This document shows positions 50,336 to 63,809 of a DNA stretch of 64,000 bases, piece after piece. The stretch lies in assembly GCF_963921235.1 (NCBI RefSeq), contig NC_086108.1:99202001-99266000 (forward strand), in the 5' to 3' direction. The notes under the pieces are model-generated. The model was given only the letters and a program-made list of their open reading frames with translations, did not search any database and was not told the DNA's origin. How positions within the stretch are numbered: position 1 is the stretch's first letter; each line of letters begins with the position of its first letter. The translations under genes and the position numbers were made by a program. Origin of the DNA: Mobula hypostoma. Its lineage: Eukaryota.

Positions 50336-51445
50336 AGCCATAAACCAAGCTGTGATAGACTGCCCAGGCACTCAGTATTACCTGGATGATGTCATTGTTA
50401 CCAGTGAGGATGACAGCGAACATCTCCAAAATCCCAAGGCAGTGTTAAAAAGATTGGAAGATTACAGTTTCAGAGGATGACACAACAGGTGTGAATTCTT
50501 TAAACCAAGCATCAATTACTGTGGTCACACCATTGATGCACAAGTTTACACAGGCATGCTGAGAAAATTCAAGTGGTGGTGGATGCCCCAAAGTCAAAGG
50601 ACGTGTCACAATTGCAATTCTTTTTGCGATTTGTCAATTATTATAACTGATTCCTGCCAAACCTAGTCACTGTGCTCTATCCCTTGAGCTCACAACTACA
50701 GATCAGGGAGAAATGACAATGGACTAAACAGTGTGAGGTGGCTTTTAGAAGGTAAAGGAAATGGTGATGCCATACACTGTATTAGCACATTATGACCCAC
50801 AACATTCAGTGAAACTGGTGAGACCTGATGTCTCACCAATATACAGGAGGCTCAAATGGGAGCTCTGAATACAGTAGATGACCCCAACAGACACACAGGT
50901 GAAGTGTTGCCTTCTTACTCTGACTTCTAATCTCTTTTCTCCCAGTCCTGAGGAAGGGTCTTAACCAGAAACGCGACTGTTCACTCCTTTCCATAGATGC
51001 TGCCTGACCTGCTGAGTTCTTCCAGCATTTTGTGTGTCTTACCTTAATTTCCAGCATCTGCAGATTTTCTCTTGTTTGTGAATCAACCAGTAAGTATCCA
51101 TAACCACGGAAGTGTGTTCCACTAATAGCAGCAGTATCCAAATGCAGAGATTGGCTCAGTTTCTTGGAGGACACAATTACAAGATCGAATTAAAGAGGAT
51201 GACCAATCATGGAAACGCTGATGGAGCATCTTGGAAAAAGAAGAAAGGAGTCCGGACCTGGCAGAATATTGGGCATCTTGCAGTCCCAGATTCAGCTCTG
51301 ACAACCAACACAGAGGAGGCCCCAGAACCAGAGATTGTTTCACAGCCACATGTCTCACCTGCCAAGCAGAGCGACTCCCATTTGTCATGAAGGATGTCAC
51401 CCAACAAGAGTAAGAAAGCCTCCACAGCGATTAAATCTTTAGGCC
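50336..51445 (+). mobile_element. Ty3/Gypsy pol remnant (RT, RNase H, integrase tail), internally deleted and interrupted by a PLE unit (about 50910-51080)
   Basis: YYLDDVIV (YLDD 50379-50390), CEFFKPSINYCGH, FVNYYN, VLAHYDP; then MQRLAQFLGGHNYKIE..HGNADG; then PTRVRKPPQRLNL*. Several stops and frameshifts. Confidence 0.88.
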
Positions 51446-52052
51446 TAAATGGAACAAATTTAAACTTGCCACACCATAAGTGTGTGCTTTGCTAAAGTAA
51501 AATCAAAGATTGAGTGATTTAGGAAACTGGCACAGAAGAGGGTTGAGGCCGGCTTAGACCAACCATATTGAATGGTGGGGCAGGCTTGAGAGGGGCTGAG
51601 TGGCTTCCTTTCTCTTGTGTTCTTGAGTGATCGACATTGCTTCATTGTTGTGCCGAGATCTTAAACTCCCTACTCAATTGTACCTTCACCAGAAGGGCTG
51701 CAGTGATTAATAACCTACTCATTGCCATCTTTTTTCAGGACAAGGATATTAAAGACTGGATCAGTTTGAAAAATATACCAGCTTTAGAAATTAAGCCTTC
51801 AGTTTTACACGAAGCAGAAGAATCCTGAAGCCCTTCATCAAAAGTCAGAATTGGATACCCTGAGACTTTTTCCCAGGGTGGAAATGGTGACTATGAGGGG
51901 GCATAATTTTAAGGTGTTTGGAGGAAAGTGTAGAGGATATCAGAGGTTTTTTAAATTTTTTTATTTAAATATACACAGAGTGGTAAGTGCATGTAACATC
52001 CTGCCAGGGTAGTGACAGACACATTAGGGACTCTTAAGTGCTCTATGTTCTA

Positions 52053-52582
52053 CAATAAGGAGCCACTTTATTGGGTACAACTATTTGATGCTCATTAATG
52101 CAAACATATCATCAGCCAATCATGTGGCAGCAACTCAGCGCATTAAAGCATGTGGACATAGTCAAGAGGTTCAGCTGTTGTTCAGACCAAATATCAGAAT
52201 GGGGGGAGAAATGTGATCTGAGTGACTTTGATCATAGAATAATTGTTGGTGCCAGGCGGAGTGGTCAGAGTACCTCAAACTGCTGACCTTCAGCAATTTT
52301 CACGTACAATGGTCTCTAGAGTTTACAGAGAGTGGTGCAAAAAAAAAAAAAACCCCACAAAGATACATCCAGTGAGTAGAAGTTCTATGGGCAAAAATCC
52401 CTTGTTGATGTGAGAGGTCAGAGGAGAATGGACAGACTAGTTCAGGCTGACAGAAAGGCGACAGAAACTCATGTTACAACAATGGTATGCAGAAGAGCAT
52501 CTCTGAATGTACAACAAATCGAATCTTGATGTGGATGGGCTACAGGCATACAGGAGGTACCTAACAAAGTGGCCACAGAGTT
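52053..52582 (+). mobile_element. Tc1-like family A copy
   Basis: EKCDLSDFDHRIIVGARRSG; degenerate TIRs at both ends. Confidence 0.85.
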
Positions 52583-53019
52583 TATGTTCTCAGAGCACAA
52601 GCATATCAGTGAATATAGAAAGATGGAAAAGTAATGATTGCTTTCTGCTGCAGGTCATTCTATCGACTGTAAGGGAACTGTAATGGAGAGCAGAATTCAA
52701 CCAGAAGTTAATACATGATATTCTGAAGTGTATTGTCTGTTTTAATCATGTCAGATATAACTCATTTTATATAGATATCAATTACATTAATGGCATTCTG
52801 TTTGCCTCAGGGATTTGAAAATGTTGTCTCCCTAAACCCCAACATATCCTGCAAGTGTTATTAAAGTCCAACACATCCATACACTTCACTTTGTTGAATG
52901 CAGATTATACAAAGTAGGAACAAGGCTACAATTTCCATTCTTGGTGCAATATGTTAATGGGCTTCTCAGATTACACCCCAAGCCATTCATGAGGTTTTCC
53001 ATACAATGTCTGGACTATC

Positions 53020-53495
53020 TACCAGAGGCTTTGAACCATTGATCCAGAGATACAAGTTTGAATCCTACCACATCAGCTGGGGAATCTAAATTAAGTTAAA
53101 TGAAACAGGAATTAAAAGCTAGTATTTGAAATAGTAATGTGAAATTATTATATTTCACATTTGTTTCACATTTCACAGGTGTTTCAAGTAATGTTCTTCG
53201 ATGAAGTAATGTTCTTCAGAAAGCAGCACTGACCTCTCAGAAAAATAGAGGACGATGCAGTAGGGAAATTCCAGGCAGTTTCTAGAGTAGGTTACATGGT
53301 CAGTACAACATTGTGGGCTGAAGGGCCTGTAATGTGCTGTCGATTTCTATGTTTCTTTGAAGAAAATCTTCCATCTTTACCCAGTCTGGCCTCTTCATAA
53401 TCCAGGCTCACCAACAAGGTTAACTTTTCTCAATTTAATAGTAATTATAAAACCCCAGTAAATACTGGCTTTGCCAATAACATCCACATCCCAGG
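53020..53495 (+). mobile_element. Old tRNA-derived SINE with CR1-type tail, interrupted by a younger CR1 tail (about 53240-53355)
   Basis: Degenerate B box agtttgaatcc and tail taaatactggctttgccaataacatccacatccc; recognised by resemblance. Confidence 0.45.
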
Positions 53496-53689
53496 TATAA
53501 TTGAATTAAAAAACCCATAAAACATCAATTTCCATGTACATAAATCTTGCCAATATGAAAGCAAAGCTAAAATATTTCCATATTGGTTTGCTCTTGCTTG
53601 AGCCATTTGCTTCTCAGAGCCACATGTGTAATGTATATTTTTTAGATGAAGGAATGCAAAATCTGAGAATAAACCAAGTTCTGTTGAAT

Positions 53690-54300
53690 AAGCAGGCCCT
53701 TCAGCCAGAAGAGTTTTGCCAACCTTCGAACCTACTCCAAGATCAGTCCTACACTTCCCTCCTACATAGCCCTCCAGTTTTCTATCATCCATGCAACCAT
53801 CTAAGAGTTTCTTAAGTGCCCCTAATGTACCTGCATCTACCATCACTCCTGGTAAGACTTTCCATGCACCCATCACTCCCTTGTAAAGAATTTACCTCTG
53901 ACAACCCCCGCCCCATACTTTCACCTGAGAATTCTGCCCCCTTATATAGGCCACTCCCACCATGGGAAAAATCTCTGGCTATTCACTTGATCTATGCTTT
54001 TTATTATCTTGTACACCAAGGGAAAAGTTTTTGGTTATCTACTTGATCTATGACTCATCTTATAGACCTCTATCAAGTCACCTCTTGGCCTCCTTCACAA
54101 AGTGAAAAGCCCTAGCTTGCTCAACCCATCTTCAAAATGTGTGCCCTCTCTCTAAAGCTTCCTGGTAAATCTCCTCTGCATCCTCCCTGAAGCTTCCATA
54201 TCCTTCCTACAACGAGGCGACCAGAACTGAACACAATATTCCAAGTGTGGTATAATCAGGGTTTTATAGGGTTGCAACATTACCTTACAGCTCTTGACAA
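53690..54300 (-). mobile_element. CR1 3' fragment
   Basis: LIIPHLEYCVQFWSPRCRKDMEA..QRRFTR. Confidence 0.85.
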
Positions 54301-55789
54301 TATTAATTTTAATTACCATCTCTTCTTGACTGTAGCATAAGGTGTCAGCTTGTGACATGATGCCCTACCACCAGTAAAAATCTTAACTTCTGACCAGTAC
54401 ATCTTGAAGCCTGTTGCTAAGGGGGAAGCAGCCTTGTATACACTTAAAGATAACGCTGTACATAAATGAGGTCATGGGGGCTACAGTATTACACTTCATC
54501 CTGCATGAGAGTAGCTAAGTGTGTTTACTTGTTCAAAAAAAATACAATCAACATAATGGGTAGCTCAAAACACAAGGTGCACTGTCTGAAGGAAATGGAT
54601 TTAGAACTGGTTTCCTGGGAAGTAAGTGGAAGTAAACACAAACCCTGGTTCTGAAACTGAAAGCAAGGTGGAGTAATAAGAGGGAGTTTCGGCTGTGTTT
54701 TTCACCAAGGAGCACTGATGCGATGAGATTGTTTGCCCTCCCATTATGTTATTGATTTAAAGCGCTGCAAGATGTACTATTGAGAGAAAAATAAAAGTCA
54801 CTTTGTTGCAACAGCACAGCTATTCAGGAATTACAGGGTGGAGAGCAAGCCGAGAGAAGAAGAATAAATGCGTACAACTGATTAGAAGTGGACACCTGGT
54901 GAGGATAAAATGGAAAAGAAGGAAACGAAGAGGCTAAGTGGTATGGAAGCTCAGACCAGACCACAGGATGATATTTTTTAAGTGTGAAATGATTTTATAA
55001 AGACAAAATTGTTTTCAATGGATGTAAAAGCAAAAGAATTGGAAAAAAGCTTTTTACAAATGCCCAGATGTTCAAATATGGAATCTCAATAGGAAAGAAA
55101 CCTGACCTGCTGTGTCAGTAGCCCTTTTCTTTCTGCAGAGTTTTGGTGTATTAGTCACTATGCAAACTCAGGTTTTCATTGGAGGTCTTCATCAAAGCTT
55201 TATATCAGAGGTTTCAAGTATCTCACGTAGTAAATGATGGACACGTTGTTCATTGTTATTTGTGAAATATGATGACAAAAGACAACAGCATTACCATTGC
55301 TGTCACATTACCAATGGCTTCCCAACCACTGAGCACGTCTACATGAAATGCTGACATAGGAAAGCAGCATCCACCATCAGAGATCCCCACCACCCAGATC
55401 ATAGTCTTTTCTAGCTGCTGCCTTCAGGTAGAAGGTACAAGATCCTTAGGACTCTCCACCAGATTCAAGAACAGTGACTACCCTTCAACTATGAGGCTGT
55501 TGAGCAAAACAGGATAACTACACTTACTTGCCCATCCATTGACATGTTTCCACAACCAATGATCTCACTTTAAGGACTTGTTATCTCATTAACTCATGTT
55601 CTCATTATTTATTGCTATTTATTTATATTTGCATTTGCTCAGTTTGTTGTCTTCTGCATTAGTTGATCTTTCATTAATCCTGTTATAGTTACTATTCTAT
55701 ACATTTGCTGAATGTGCCCATAGGAAGTCAAATCTCAGGGTTGTATATGCATGCTGATAGTAAAATTTACTTTGAACTTAGAACATTAT

Positions 55790-56310
55790 GAGAGAAGTAT
55801 TAATACAGAATACAGAAGTTGGGGTTTTTATGTACAAGACATTGGTGAGGCCACATTTGGAATATTGCTTTTGGTTTATTATCATTCTGCTGTAGGAAAG
55901 ATATCATAAGCTGGAAGGGCTGTGGAGGAGATCTATGAGGACACTACTGGCACTTGAGGGACAGAGTTATGGAGAGAGGTTAAGCAGGTTGGGACTTTAT
56001 AATGGAGACATAGGAGAATGAAGGTGATCTTGTAGAAATGTATAAAATTATGATGGGTGTAAGTGAGTGAACATGCATAGTCTTTTCCCCAGGGAAACAC
56101 ACACAAAATGCTGGTGGAACTCGGCAGGTTAACCAGCATCAATGGAGGGGGAAGCTCATTCCATACACTGAACACCCTCTGGTGGAAAAGGTTGTCCCCA
56201 AGGTTCCTATTAAATTTCTTTCCTGTCATCCTAAACCCATATTCTCTAGTTCTTGATTTTCTAACTCTGGGGAAAAGGGATTGGAAATCAAAAACTAGAT
56301 GACATAGTAA
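55790..56310 (+). mobile_element. CR1 fragment containing an inverted CR1+PLE chimeric insert
   Basis: LVRPHLEY remnant; the plus-strand CR1 breaks at about 56095 and resumes at about 56278. Confidence 0.7.
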
Positions 56311-56744
56311 CTGCTGTTACCAATTCATTAATCAACAATAGTCTCTTCTCAGACCTAACATGGCATGAGAGAGAATTGTTTAGGTTACAGTATTGCCAAT
56401 AGGGGCTCATCCTCAAAGGTTTGTCAGCTCTGTGATAGACGTTCTTGATGCCTTGCCTCCTGTAGATATTGTCAGTGTTGGGAAGGGCCATGCTGGGCTG
56501 GGCTGTGTCCGCTACTGTCAGCTAGCTTTTCTGTTTCTGTGTGTTGTAATAGCTGTACCAGGCCATGGTGCCAGTCAGGATACTTAATATCTGGTGAAGT
56601 TGTTATAGTACTTGGTGTCTGTAAGTTGAATCAGACTTGGGGATACATTTTCAGCAAATGATGACATTGCTTAAAGTTCTCAATGATCACTTATTGCTGC
56701 TGAGTGGAAAACGCTTCAATTCCATAGGCAGCTCTTTGGTGAAG

Positions 56745-57090
56745 TGATATCATTTGTAAGTAGGACGCCATGCACAATTCTGATTTGATGGAGACAGACG
56801 TGAGAAGCACAGAGGAACATCTGGAGAAATTTCTGAAATGCCTGGTTCACCGCCGCTGCTACTGTGCGATCGAGAATCTCTGGAGGGTAGGCCCCAAAAT
56901 CCCTGGCTTTGCCTGGCGACCGAGGCTGGGGTCGAAACGCTCAGTCGAGATGGTGCTCGGTACTCAGTGTCAGAGGGCTGATCGGAGCTTGAAGTTTTGG
57001 GACGATGCAGAGTCGGACTGTGTTTGGGCATGGCAGGGAGAGTTTTCTTCCTTCTCCCGTCGGTGTGAGATGTGGGACTTGAGAGACTTT

Positions 57091-57129
<39 letters not shown>

Positions 57130-57342
57130 CTGTGCCCATGGCCTGTTCTACATCAAGTTATGGTATTGTTGCACTGGTGTAACTATATGTTATAATTATG
57201 TAGCTGTTGTTAGTTTTTCAGTCTTGGTCTGTCCGGTGTTTCTGTGATATCACACCGGAGGAATATTGTATCATTTCTTAATGCATGCATTACTAAATAA
57301 CAATGAAAGAGGACTGCATGTCCTCAATCTATTCTAATCTAA
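56745..57342 (+). mobile_element. Young, CpG-rich non-autonomous retroelement with internal poly(T)31 (57094-57124) and (aatct)-like tail
   Basis: Abrupt CpG-rich block, AT-rich 3' half and short-repeat tail; family not assignable from sequence alone. Confidence 0.5.
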
Positions 57343-58065
57343 ATTCCAGTTTCTAAATGGGAAACAATTCCGTCAGAGGTTCATACAATAGGAGGTATTC
57401 AAGCAGGTCAGCATGGTGGTGCAGCAGGTAGCCTACCTTAAGGAAGGCCATCAAATATCCAATGTGCAGAAAAAACAAATCGTGCAGACAACTGAAGTTC
57501 ATGAAAGTGAGTCCATAGCCATGAAGTCAGTCATCACTGCAGTCTTAGTTCAGTGCAGAGATGAGTAAACCTCATGGAACAGCGAGCAGAACCGGCCCAT
57601 CCCTCACCTCTGGTCCCGACACCCTGACCTTTTCAATTTGGCTTGGTGCTTCAATCACCCAAATGTTGGGTTCTGTTGGTTCAGCATGCTGTGGGGCCTG
57701 GGGCCTGGACCCTGCTGCCATGAATCTGCCTGTACCTGACCTTTCCAATTCAGCCCAACACCTAAGTCAACCCAACTTCAGATCTTTCATCACTCTTGGG
57801 GAGGGGCCTGGCTCCACCTCAACTCTGCCTCATCTCCGATAGCCTCGACTCTACCTCACTGCTACTCAACTTGCCTCGGTTCTGCCACATTGAATTGCCT
57901 CCAAGTCCAAAGGGAGGTTGCAGGCTATTGTTTATGGGGATCATTTGCCAAAAAAGGAGTTATTAATAAAGTATTTAGTAGATTTCATTTTGTTTGCTGC
58001 CAATAAGTAGTCACTGACATTCAGCACTGCCATCTTAAAATGGACAAGATAGTTTCATTTATATA

Positions 58066-58872
58066 CACTGGATTCTAGTTAATTGGGACACATTTGGACC
58101 AATATATTTTGGTCCAATTAAGTGGCTGCCCTAATTAGCCAAACTTTCATGGAAATAGTTAAGAAGGAATAAAAAAGAGAAACCATCATTTAAATTATAT
58201 ACTATATGTAAATGAAATACAGAACAAACTGGAACACTATCAATACTACTACAGTACTGTAAAACTGCATATTAGTTCTTACTAGTTATCAACAGAGGAA
58301 TTATGTTGCCGTGTTCTTTTATTGAATGTTAACAAACAAGATCAATGCAGATGCCTAATGTAGATAATGGACTTCCTTCATTCACCATTTTTGATGATAC
58401 AGCCTCCAAATCTTCATTTTCATTACAACATTCAAGATGATTGCTGATACCATCTAATTCTTTGTAGTTCCTAACTTGTAGTGAAATTGTCTCTTTTTTA
58501 CTTCTGGTATCTCTGAACCTGAATACATGAATCCACAGTAAGCAAACAGTTCCATTGTCTTGCTGCTTATTTCTAACTATCAGTGACAAAAAAAATACTA
58601 ATCACTGGTTTTGAACACAAGCACACTCAACTGGTGCTGTTTAAAAACTGTTTGCTCTAAGCATGGTGTAGTGTCTAATGGCCGCACAAGTGCATGACTA
58701 AGGCTAGTTAGAAACTGTTTGGCAATAGTCTCCTGTCCCAATTAAGTGGCAGTGTCCCAAATAAGTGAAGGGAATCTGAGCTATTTTCTTGATTAGTTTT
58801 ATTCTTTAAGAGTTGTCCCAAATAATTGGCTGCCTTGATCACTCAATGGCCCAAATTAACCTGAATCCACTG
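58066..58872. mobile_element. Tigger/pogo-like non-autonomous DNA transposon
   Basis: TA-cactggattctagttaattggg at left; cccaaattaacctgaatccactg at right (reverse complement cagtggattcaggttaatttggg); subterminal gtcccaa(a)ttaa repeats. Confidence 0.75.
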
Positions 58873-59549
58873 AGTGTGCTTTGTATTGTATGGATTTTTT
58901 TTTCTATTATGTGCTGCAATTTACTGCTGCCGTAAAACAACAAATTTCCTAACATACTAAATCTGATTCTGAGATACAAGATTGTTTAATACAATTTCTT
59001 GTACACAAATGTAAAGGGAAATGAAATAATTGTTACTTCAGATCTGATGCAGCCCAAAAAGACAGTAAGATAAAGAACACAATTATAAAAAAAATTACTA
59101 TAATTGTCTATTATCTATACAATTATCTATGGAATTTGTTGCCACAGGCAGCAGTGGAGGCCAAGTCATTGAGTGTATTTAAGGCAGAGATTGATAGGTA
59201 TCTGAGTAGCCAGGGCATCAAAGGTTATGGTGAAAAGGCAGGGGAGTGGGACTAAATGGGAGAATGGATCAGCTCATGATAAAATGGCAGAGCAGACTCG
59301 ATGGGCCGAATGGCTGACTTCTGCTCCTTTGTCTCATGGTCGATATGTACATAAGATAGCTTACACACAAGGAGATAAAGTTCTAAACTATTCAACCTTT
59401 CCTTATAACTGAGGTCCTCCAGTCCCAGCAACATCTTTGTAAATTTTCTCTGTACTCTTTTAATCTTATTTACATCTTTCCTGGAGGTAGATGACCAAAA
59501 CAGCACACAATACTCTAAATTAGGTCTCAATGTCTCTGAGTTGGGGAGT

Positions 59550-61337
59550 GGCCAATCAGAAAGAGGCAGTGTGTAAAAAAAAAAAGCTACCTTTCAGTCA
59601 TTCTTGATTTAAAGCAAAGCTTTTAGAAAAAGAATAGTTCAAGTGCAAGTGGAGCAGCCGTTCATTTGGAGTGTGCCTATGTTTAGAATGGCTTTGGCTC
59701 ATCAGGCTTAGACAAGATCAGGTTTGGGTGAGATACATTGTATTACAAGTTTCCCTCTGTCCTTACCTGTTCATTCCTCATCTGTTAGGGCTTAGTAGAT
59801 TGGTGAGAACGGCTCCTGGGGCAGTGTTTTGTACTGTGTGGGATGTGGGAGGTTTGGGAGGGGTGTTGAGTTGCAGCTCCCTCAGAGAACATATTAAGGA
59901 ACTGGAGCTGCAGCTCAATGACCTTCGACTCATACAGGAGAATGAGGTGATAGACAGGAGCTACAGGGAGGAAGTCACCCCTAGGTTGCAGGGGACAGGT
60001 AACAGTGACCGTCAGGAGGAGGAGGGAAAGTGTACAGCCAGTACAGAGTACACCCATGGACGTTCCCCTCAATAATACGTATACAACTTTAGGTACTATT
60101 GAGGGGGACAGCCTACCAGTGGGGAGCCACAGTGACTGGATCTTTGGCACCGAGTATGGTGCTGTGCTCAAAAGAGGACTGCAGTGATGATAGGTGATTC
60201 CATAGTCAGAGGATTGGAGATGAGGTTCTGTGGGTGTGATAGAGACATCTGGATGGCATATTGCCTCCCTAGTGCCAGGATCAGGGATGGCATTCTCAGG
60301 AGTGTGGGTGAGCAGCCAGAAGTCTGGTGCATAATGGTACCATTGACATAGGTAGAGAAGGTGAAGGATGTCCTGAAGAGAGATTATAGAGGGCCAAGTA
60401 GAAAGTTGAGAAACAGGACCTTCAGGGTAGTAATCTCTGGATTGCTGCTTTTACCATGTAACAGTGAGGCTAAGGTGAGTGTGAGACTGAGGAACTGGTG
60501 CAGGGGTTCAGAATTGTAGACCATTTGGATATCTTCTGGGAAAGGTATGATCTGTACAAAAGGGAAAGGTTGCATCTGAACCTGAGGTGGTCCAATATCC
60601 TTGTGGGCAGGTTGGCCAGAGTTGTTTGGATGGGTTTAGACTAATTTGGCAGGGGGAGGGGAACCGGAGTGATAGTAATGAAGATGAGGTAACTGGTTTG
60701 CAAACAAAGAATGTGCAGTGAGGCTCCAAGCAAAGAGAGGTTGATGATAGGGCAAAATTGCAGTCAATAGTACAAGTTGCAATGCAAAGGGTGGACAGAA
60801 TCAAAAAGGGTGAAAACAGGACCGAAGGTGTTATATTTGAATGCACACAGTATACGGAATAAGGTTGATGAAATTGTAGCACAGTTATAGATGGGCAAGT
60901 ATGATGTTGTAGGCAACACTGAATCATAGCTGAAATAAGATTATAGCTGGGAGCATAATGTCCGAGGACGGGCAGAAAGGCAGAGGGGTTGGCATTGCTC
61001 TGTTGGTAAAAATGAAATCAAATCATTAGAAAGAGGTGACATAGGTCAGGAGGTGTTGAATCATTGTGGAAAGAGCTAAAGAACTGTAAGGGTAATGAGA
61101 CCCTGATGAGATTTATATACAGACCCCCAAACAGTAGTAAGGATGAGGTCTACAAGTTACAATGGGAGATAGAAAATGTACACTGATTAAGGGCAATGTT
61201 ACAATAGTTATGGGGGATTTCAATATGAAGGTGGATTGGGAAAATCAGATTGGTGTTGTATTCCGAGGGGGAGAATTTCTAGAATGACTACAAGGTGGCT
61301 TTTTAGAGCTGCTCATGGTTGAATCCACTAAGGGACA
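59550..61337 (+). mobile_element. 5' half of a CR1 LINE: 5' UTR, ORF1 (coiled coil plus SGNH esterase) and APE endonuclease
   Basis: LREHIKELELQLNDLRLIQEN; AVMIGDSIVRG (GDS 60193-60201); HNGTIDIG; RLHLN; then KVLYLNAHSIRNK, IYRPPNSS and IVMGDFN. Confidence 0.9.
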
Positions 61338-61799
61338 GTTATCACAAACAAGGGAAAAATCTGCAAATGCTTGAAATCCAAGCAACATACACACAATACT
61401 GGAGGAACTCATCAATGGATTCGAAAGCCAATCCAGGTAGAAAGAGAAAATGCTACTTTAGAAAATTAAAATGCTATTTCACAAAAAGCCTCTTATTTCA
61501 TCAATGCTTCTACTTATACTGTGATCGTCCAGTCAGGCCCAATATGTAAACTGGCGCTTAGATAATGAAATAGGCATTAAAAAACTAAATGTAGCCATGA
61601 TGCTTTCTCAGTGTTGGGCTTTGTTCTATACAGAAATAAAACAATCGTGTAGATTCACATCCATTATCCTTAAAGGTATTGTTGTACAGGCCATGCTCAT
61701 TTCAATGGAATTGCTAGCATATTGGTCTCCTACTGATACTGAGGCCTCCGTCAGTCAGGGTCGACTGTAGATATTGCACTCTAGCTACCTAGATATCAT

Positions 61800-62257
61800 A
61801 AGATCATTAGACCTTAAGATATAGGAGCAGAATTAGGCTATTTGGCCCATTGAATCTGCTGCACCATTTCATCATGGCTGATCCAATTTTCCTCTCAGCC
61901 CCAATCTCCTTTCTCCTCCTCATATCCCTTCATGCCCTGATCTATCAAGAATCTATCAACCTCTGCCTTAAATATACATAAAGACTTAGCCTCCACAGCC
62001 ACTTGTGGCAAAGAATTCCACAGATTTACCACCATCTGGCTAAAGAAATTCCTCCTCATCTCCATTCTAAAATGACATCCCTCTATTCTGAGTCTGTGCC
62101 CTCTGGCCTCAGACTCTTCCACCATAGGAAGCATCCTCTCCATATCCACCCTATCAAGGCCTTTCACCGTCCATTGGGTTTCCAATAGGTAATCCCTCAT
62201 TCTTCTGAATTCTAGTGAATACAGGCCCGGAGCCATCAAATGCTCTTCATATGACAA
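61800..62257 (-). mobile_element. CR1 3' fragment
   Basis: SYEEHLMAPGLYSLEFRRMRDYLLET...RRNFFSQMVVNLWNSLPQ. Confidence 0.9.
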
Positions 62258-62419
62258 ACAAGGGAAAATCTTCAGTTACTGGAACACACACAAATGCACA
62301 CAGCTGGAGGAAGTCAGCAGGCCAGGCAACATCTATCAGGCCGAGACCCCTCAGGAGGACTGGAGAAAAAGATGAGGAGTAGATTTAAAAGGTGGTGGAG
62401 GCCTTCGCCCTTTTCTGTT

Positions 62420-63328
62420 TGTCTGCCAGTGACTAGTAGTGTCCCATAGGGGTCTGTGCTGGGACTAATTCGTTTTGCGTTGTATGTTAATGATTTGGAT
62501 GATGGAATTGATGGCTTTGTTGCAAAGTTTGCAGATGATACAAAGATAGGTGGAGGGGCAGGTAGTTTTGAGGAAGTAGAGAGGCCACTGAAGGACTTAG
62601 ATTAGGAGAATGATATAGAAGTGGTAGATTGAATACAGTGTCAGGAAGTGTATGTACATGCACTTCAGTAGAAGAAATGAAACAGTTGATTATTACCTAA
62701 CTAGAGAGAAAGTACAAAAAACTGTGATGCAGAAGGACTTGGAAGTCCTTGTGGAGGATTTCCTGAGGGTTAATTTTAGATTGACTCTATTGAGGAAGAC
62801 AAATGCAATGTTAGCATTCATTTCAAGAGGACTAGAATATAAAAGCAAGGATGTAATGTTGAGGCTTATGAGCAGTTTTGGACCCCTTATCTCAGAAAGG
62901 ATGTGCTGAAACTGGAGGGAATTCAAAGGAGGTTCACAAAAATGATTCTAGATTTGAATGACTTTTCACATAAAGAGTGTTTGATGGCTTTGGGCCTGCA
63001 TTCACCGGAATTCTGAAGAATGAGGGGTGACCTCATTGAAACTTATGGAATGGTGAAAGGCCTTGATAGAGTGGATGAGGAGAGGATGTTTCCTATGGTG
63101 GGAGAGTCTGAGACCAGAGGACACAGCCTCAGAATAGAGGAGCATCCTTTCAGAACAGAGATGAAGAGGAATTTCTTTAGCCAGAGTGTGGTGAATCTGT
63201 GGAGTTCATTGCCACAGGCAGCTTTGAAGCCCAAGTCTGTATGTATATTTAAGGTAGAAGTTGATAGATTCTTCATTGGTCTGGCCACGAAGGGATATGG
63301 GGAGAAGGCAGAAGTTTGGGGCTGAGAG
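62420..63328 (+). mobile_element. CR1 RT C-terminal half
   Basis: YVNDLDDGIDGFVAKFADDTKIGG...MRGDLIETYGMVKGLDRVD. Confidence 0.9.
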
Positions 63329-63462
63329 GAAACAATGGTTTGCAGAAGAGCATCTCTAAATGCACAACATGTCAAACTTTGAAGCAGCAGAAGTCCATGA
63401 CCATACTCTCAGTGGCTACTTTACTAGGTGCTGGAGATACCTAATAAAGTGGCTACTGTGTG
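63329..63462 (+). mobile_element. Tc1-like family A right end with terminal TIR palindrome
   Basis: ctctcagtggctactttactagg...cctaataaagtggctactgtgtg. Confidence 0.75.
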
Positions 63463-63809
63463 TTTATGGTAACCTATGCACATTCAATAAATTTACTTTG
63501 AATTTTGAACTTCTATGGCCATACTGCCATTATTTCACAAGCTGAGAAAAAATTAATTGAAAGATCACTTGGTGTTCTTAAAAGCCAAATATAGAATGCA
63601 GAATATAGGATTTCAATAACATAATATCGCCATAGAACAACAGTACAGTGGGGATAGACTGCTTGGTCAGCATGAAGATGGACCAAAGGGGTGGGGGTAT
63701 GTACATGTACATACATATACATATATAGAGATACAGCTTGGAATAGCCCTTTCAGCCCTTTGAGCTGCACCACCTAACAATCCCCAATTTAACTCTAGGC
63801 TAATCACAG

